The position numbers were made by a program, and so were the translations under genes. A stretch of 64,000 nt of DNA, taken from the NCBI GenBank assembly GCA_965203295.1, contig CBDBCZ010000019.1, forward strand, positions 2,688,001 through 2,752,000, read 5' to 3'. Under the pieces are notes generated by a model. It saw nothing but the letters and a program-made list of their open reading frames with translations. It did no database searches and had not been told where the DNA came from. Source of the DNA: Nitrospirales bacterium. Its GTDB lineage: Bacteria > Nitrospirota > Nitrospiria > Nitrospirales > UBA8639. Of this stretch, positions 62,856 to 64,000 are shown piece after piece; the first letter of the stretch is position 1; each line of letters starts with the position of its first letter.

Positions 62856-62872
62856 GAATCATTTCTCCTTCA

Positions 62873-63248
62873 GGGACTGTTGAAAAAGGCCGCCAGCGGC
62901 GTTCTCGGCCCGTTGTCGTGCTCACGTACTCCGTGTACGCTCCGCTCGCCACCGATCCTGCGGCCTTGCACGCCGAGTGTCGTTTCTCATTCGGCGTAGG
63001 GGATGCTCGAAGGGGGTGTGCCCCCTTCGAGGGGCCACAGGCCCAAGATTCTTGGGCCGTCCTAGGGGCAGAGCCCCTGGGAAAGCAAGGAGAGAGGCTT
63101 TGCGATTCTCCTTGCTGGACCTGGCTCCGCCGAAAGCGGCTTCGCACAGGCGAGCGCCCTTTTTGAACAGCCCCCGCTCCTTCTGCCGCTTTAGGGTTTG
63201 TGTCCAGGGTAGCCTGCTATCGAGAAATTCTTGAATGATTCAACACCC
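62873..63248. mobile_element. MITE-like repeat, family A, copy 2, with a nested family C module
   Basis: GGGACTGTTGAAAAAGG ... CCTTTTTGAACAGCCCC plus the outer arm; inverted relative to 2135-2405. Confidence 0.8.
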
Positions 63249-63420
63249 TCGCTTCAGCTATTCTTTTGCATACCTAAAATTGGGTAATTTTGCCACAGCA
63301 TCTATTTTACATAATGTCGCAAAAGACCTCATTATAAATTTTAGTGTCTTATTCAACATTGTTCTTTATGTTATACAGAGGACACGAGATTCTCATCCCT
63401 ACAGACTTGAGTAAGAGAAA

Positions 63421-63436
63421 TGGCATTCCCCTTGCT
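63421..63436 (+). promoter_or_regulatory. Sigma54 promoter of a USP gene
   Basis: TGGCATTCCCCTTGCT. Confidence 0.8.
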
Positions 63437-63495
63437 CTTTTAACACATATTCATTAGGAGAAAGTTTCATAAACTTTCTAAAAAGGAAAGTGACC

Positions 63496-64000
63496 ATGCG
63501 AGTTCTTTTGGCAATAGATGGGTCGCCTCAATCCATACAGGCTGTAGAAAGTCTTGCACATTTCGGGCCTCTTGAAGAAGTCACGCTCGTCCATGCCACC
63601 ACCCTTCCCGACTTAGACCATCCCATGATCTCTCCGGAGACCCGTGACAGCGTGATCAAGGAAGTGGAAGAACAATTACGGAAAGAGGGGGAAGCGATTC
63701 TGGACCGAGCCGCCGCTGCCCTTCCTCTCTCATGCAAAGTGCATCGGATTCACCAGGTCGGCCCACCCTCTGCAGTCATCTTGGAGAGCGCTCAATCCGC
63801 TCATGCCGATCTCATCATCATGGGGGCACGGGGGTTGGGTCCTATTAAGGAACTCGTGTTGGGAAGCGTGACTCACCGTGTTTTGCTCCATGCAGAATGT
63901 TCGACCTTGGTGATGAAATCGTCCATGTCCCCCTTGCGACATATTTTAGTTCCTGTGGAGGGCGATGAAGACACTCAAAAAATCCTTCAATTGCTTTCTG
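63496..64000 (+). CDS. Tandem-domain universal stress protein (partial, runs off the right edge)
   Basis: My translation: MRVLLAIDGSPQS...DLIIMGARGLGPIKELVLGSVTHRVL...ILVPVEG; absent from the ORF track because no stop is reached. Confidence 0.9.
   Translation, partial: MRVLLAIDGSPQSIQAVESLAHFGPLEEVTLVHATTLPDLDHPMISPETRDSVIKEVEEQLRKEGEAILDRAAAALPLSCKVHRIHQVGPPSAVILESAQSAHADLIIMGARGLGPIKELVLGSVTHRVLLHAECSTLVMKSSMSPLRHILVPVEGDEDTQKILQLLS

Noticed and set aside
1..64000. CRISPR array
   Set aside because: No regularly spaced repeat-spacer series and no cas genes; the duplications are two-copy and have no spacer.

Overview
A 64-kb bacterial chromosomal window, most likely from a marine or salt-adapted Nitrospirales organism. 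This is inferred from the rpsU sequence, the PBS-lyase HEAT-repeat cluster, the giant multicopper oxidase and the betaine genes; no database search was run. The left half (1-34.5 kb) is mostly intact housekeeping DNA: ybbP/ybbA/tesA, alkA, CDGSH, ChaN, a small toxin-antitoxin islet at tRNA-Gly(GCC), ugd, five HEAT-repeat genes interrupted by a BCCT plus fused GSMT-SDMT betaine islet, pntAAB, rpsU, nth, a VOC/CmlA-like/RicT/DsrE run and hemD. The right half (34.6-64 kb) is an accessory region in heavy decay, with nonsense codons, internal deletions, chimeric fusions and many 8-26 nt tandem duplications. It holds a multicopper-oxidase cluster, three universal stress proteins, pncB, PPi-PFK, nfeD/floA, transporters, a PAS kinase and two sigma54 activators. 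The clearest hidden structure is regulatory. Seven sigma54 -24/-12 promoters lie across the right half, served by pairs of related upstream sites about 33-35 bp apart, mostly a 17-bp TGTnGC-N5-RCCnCA-like motif. This outlines a probable single stress/dormancy regulon. Three families of modular non-coding repeats (MITE/REP-like) are scattered through the window.
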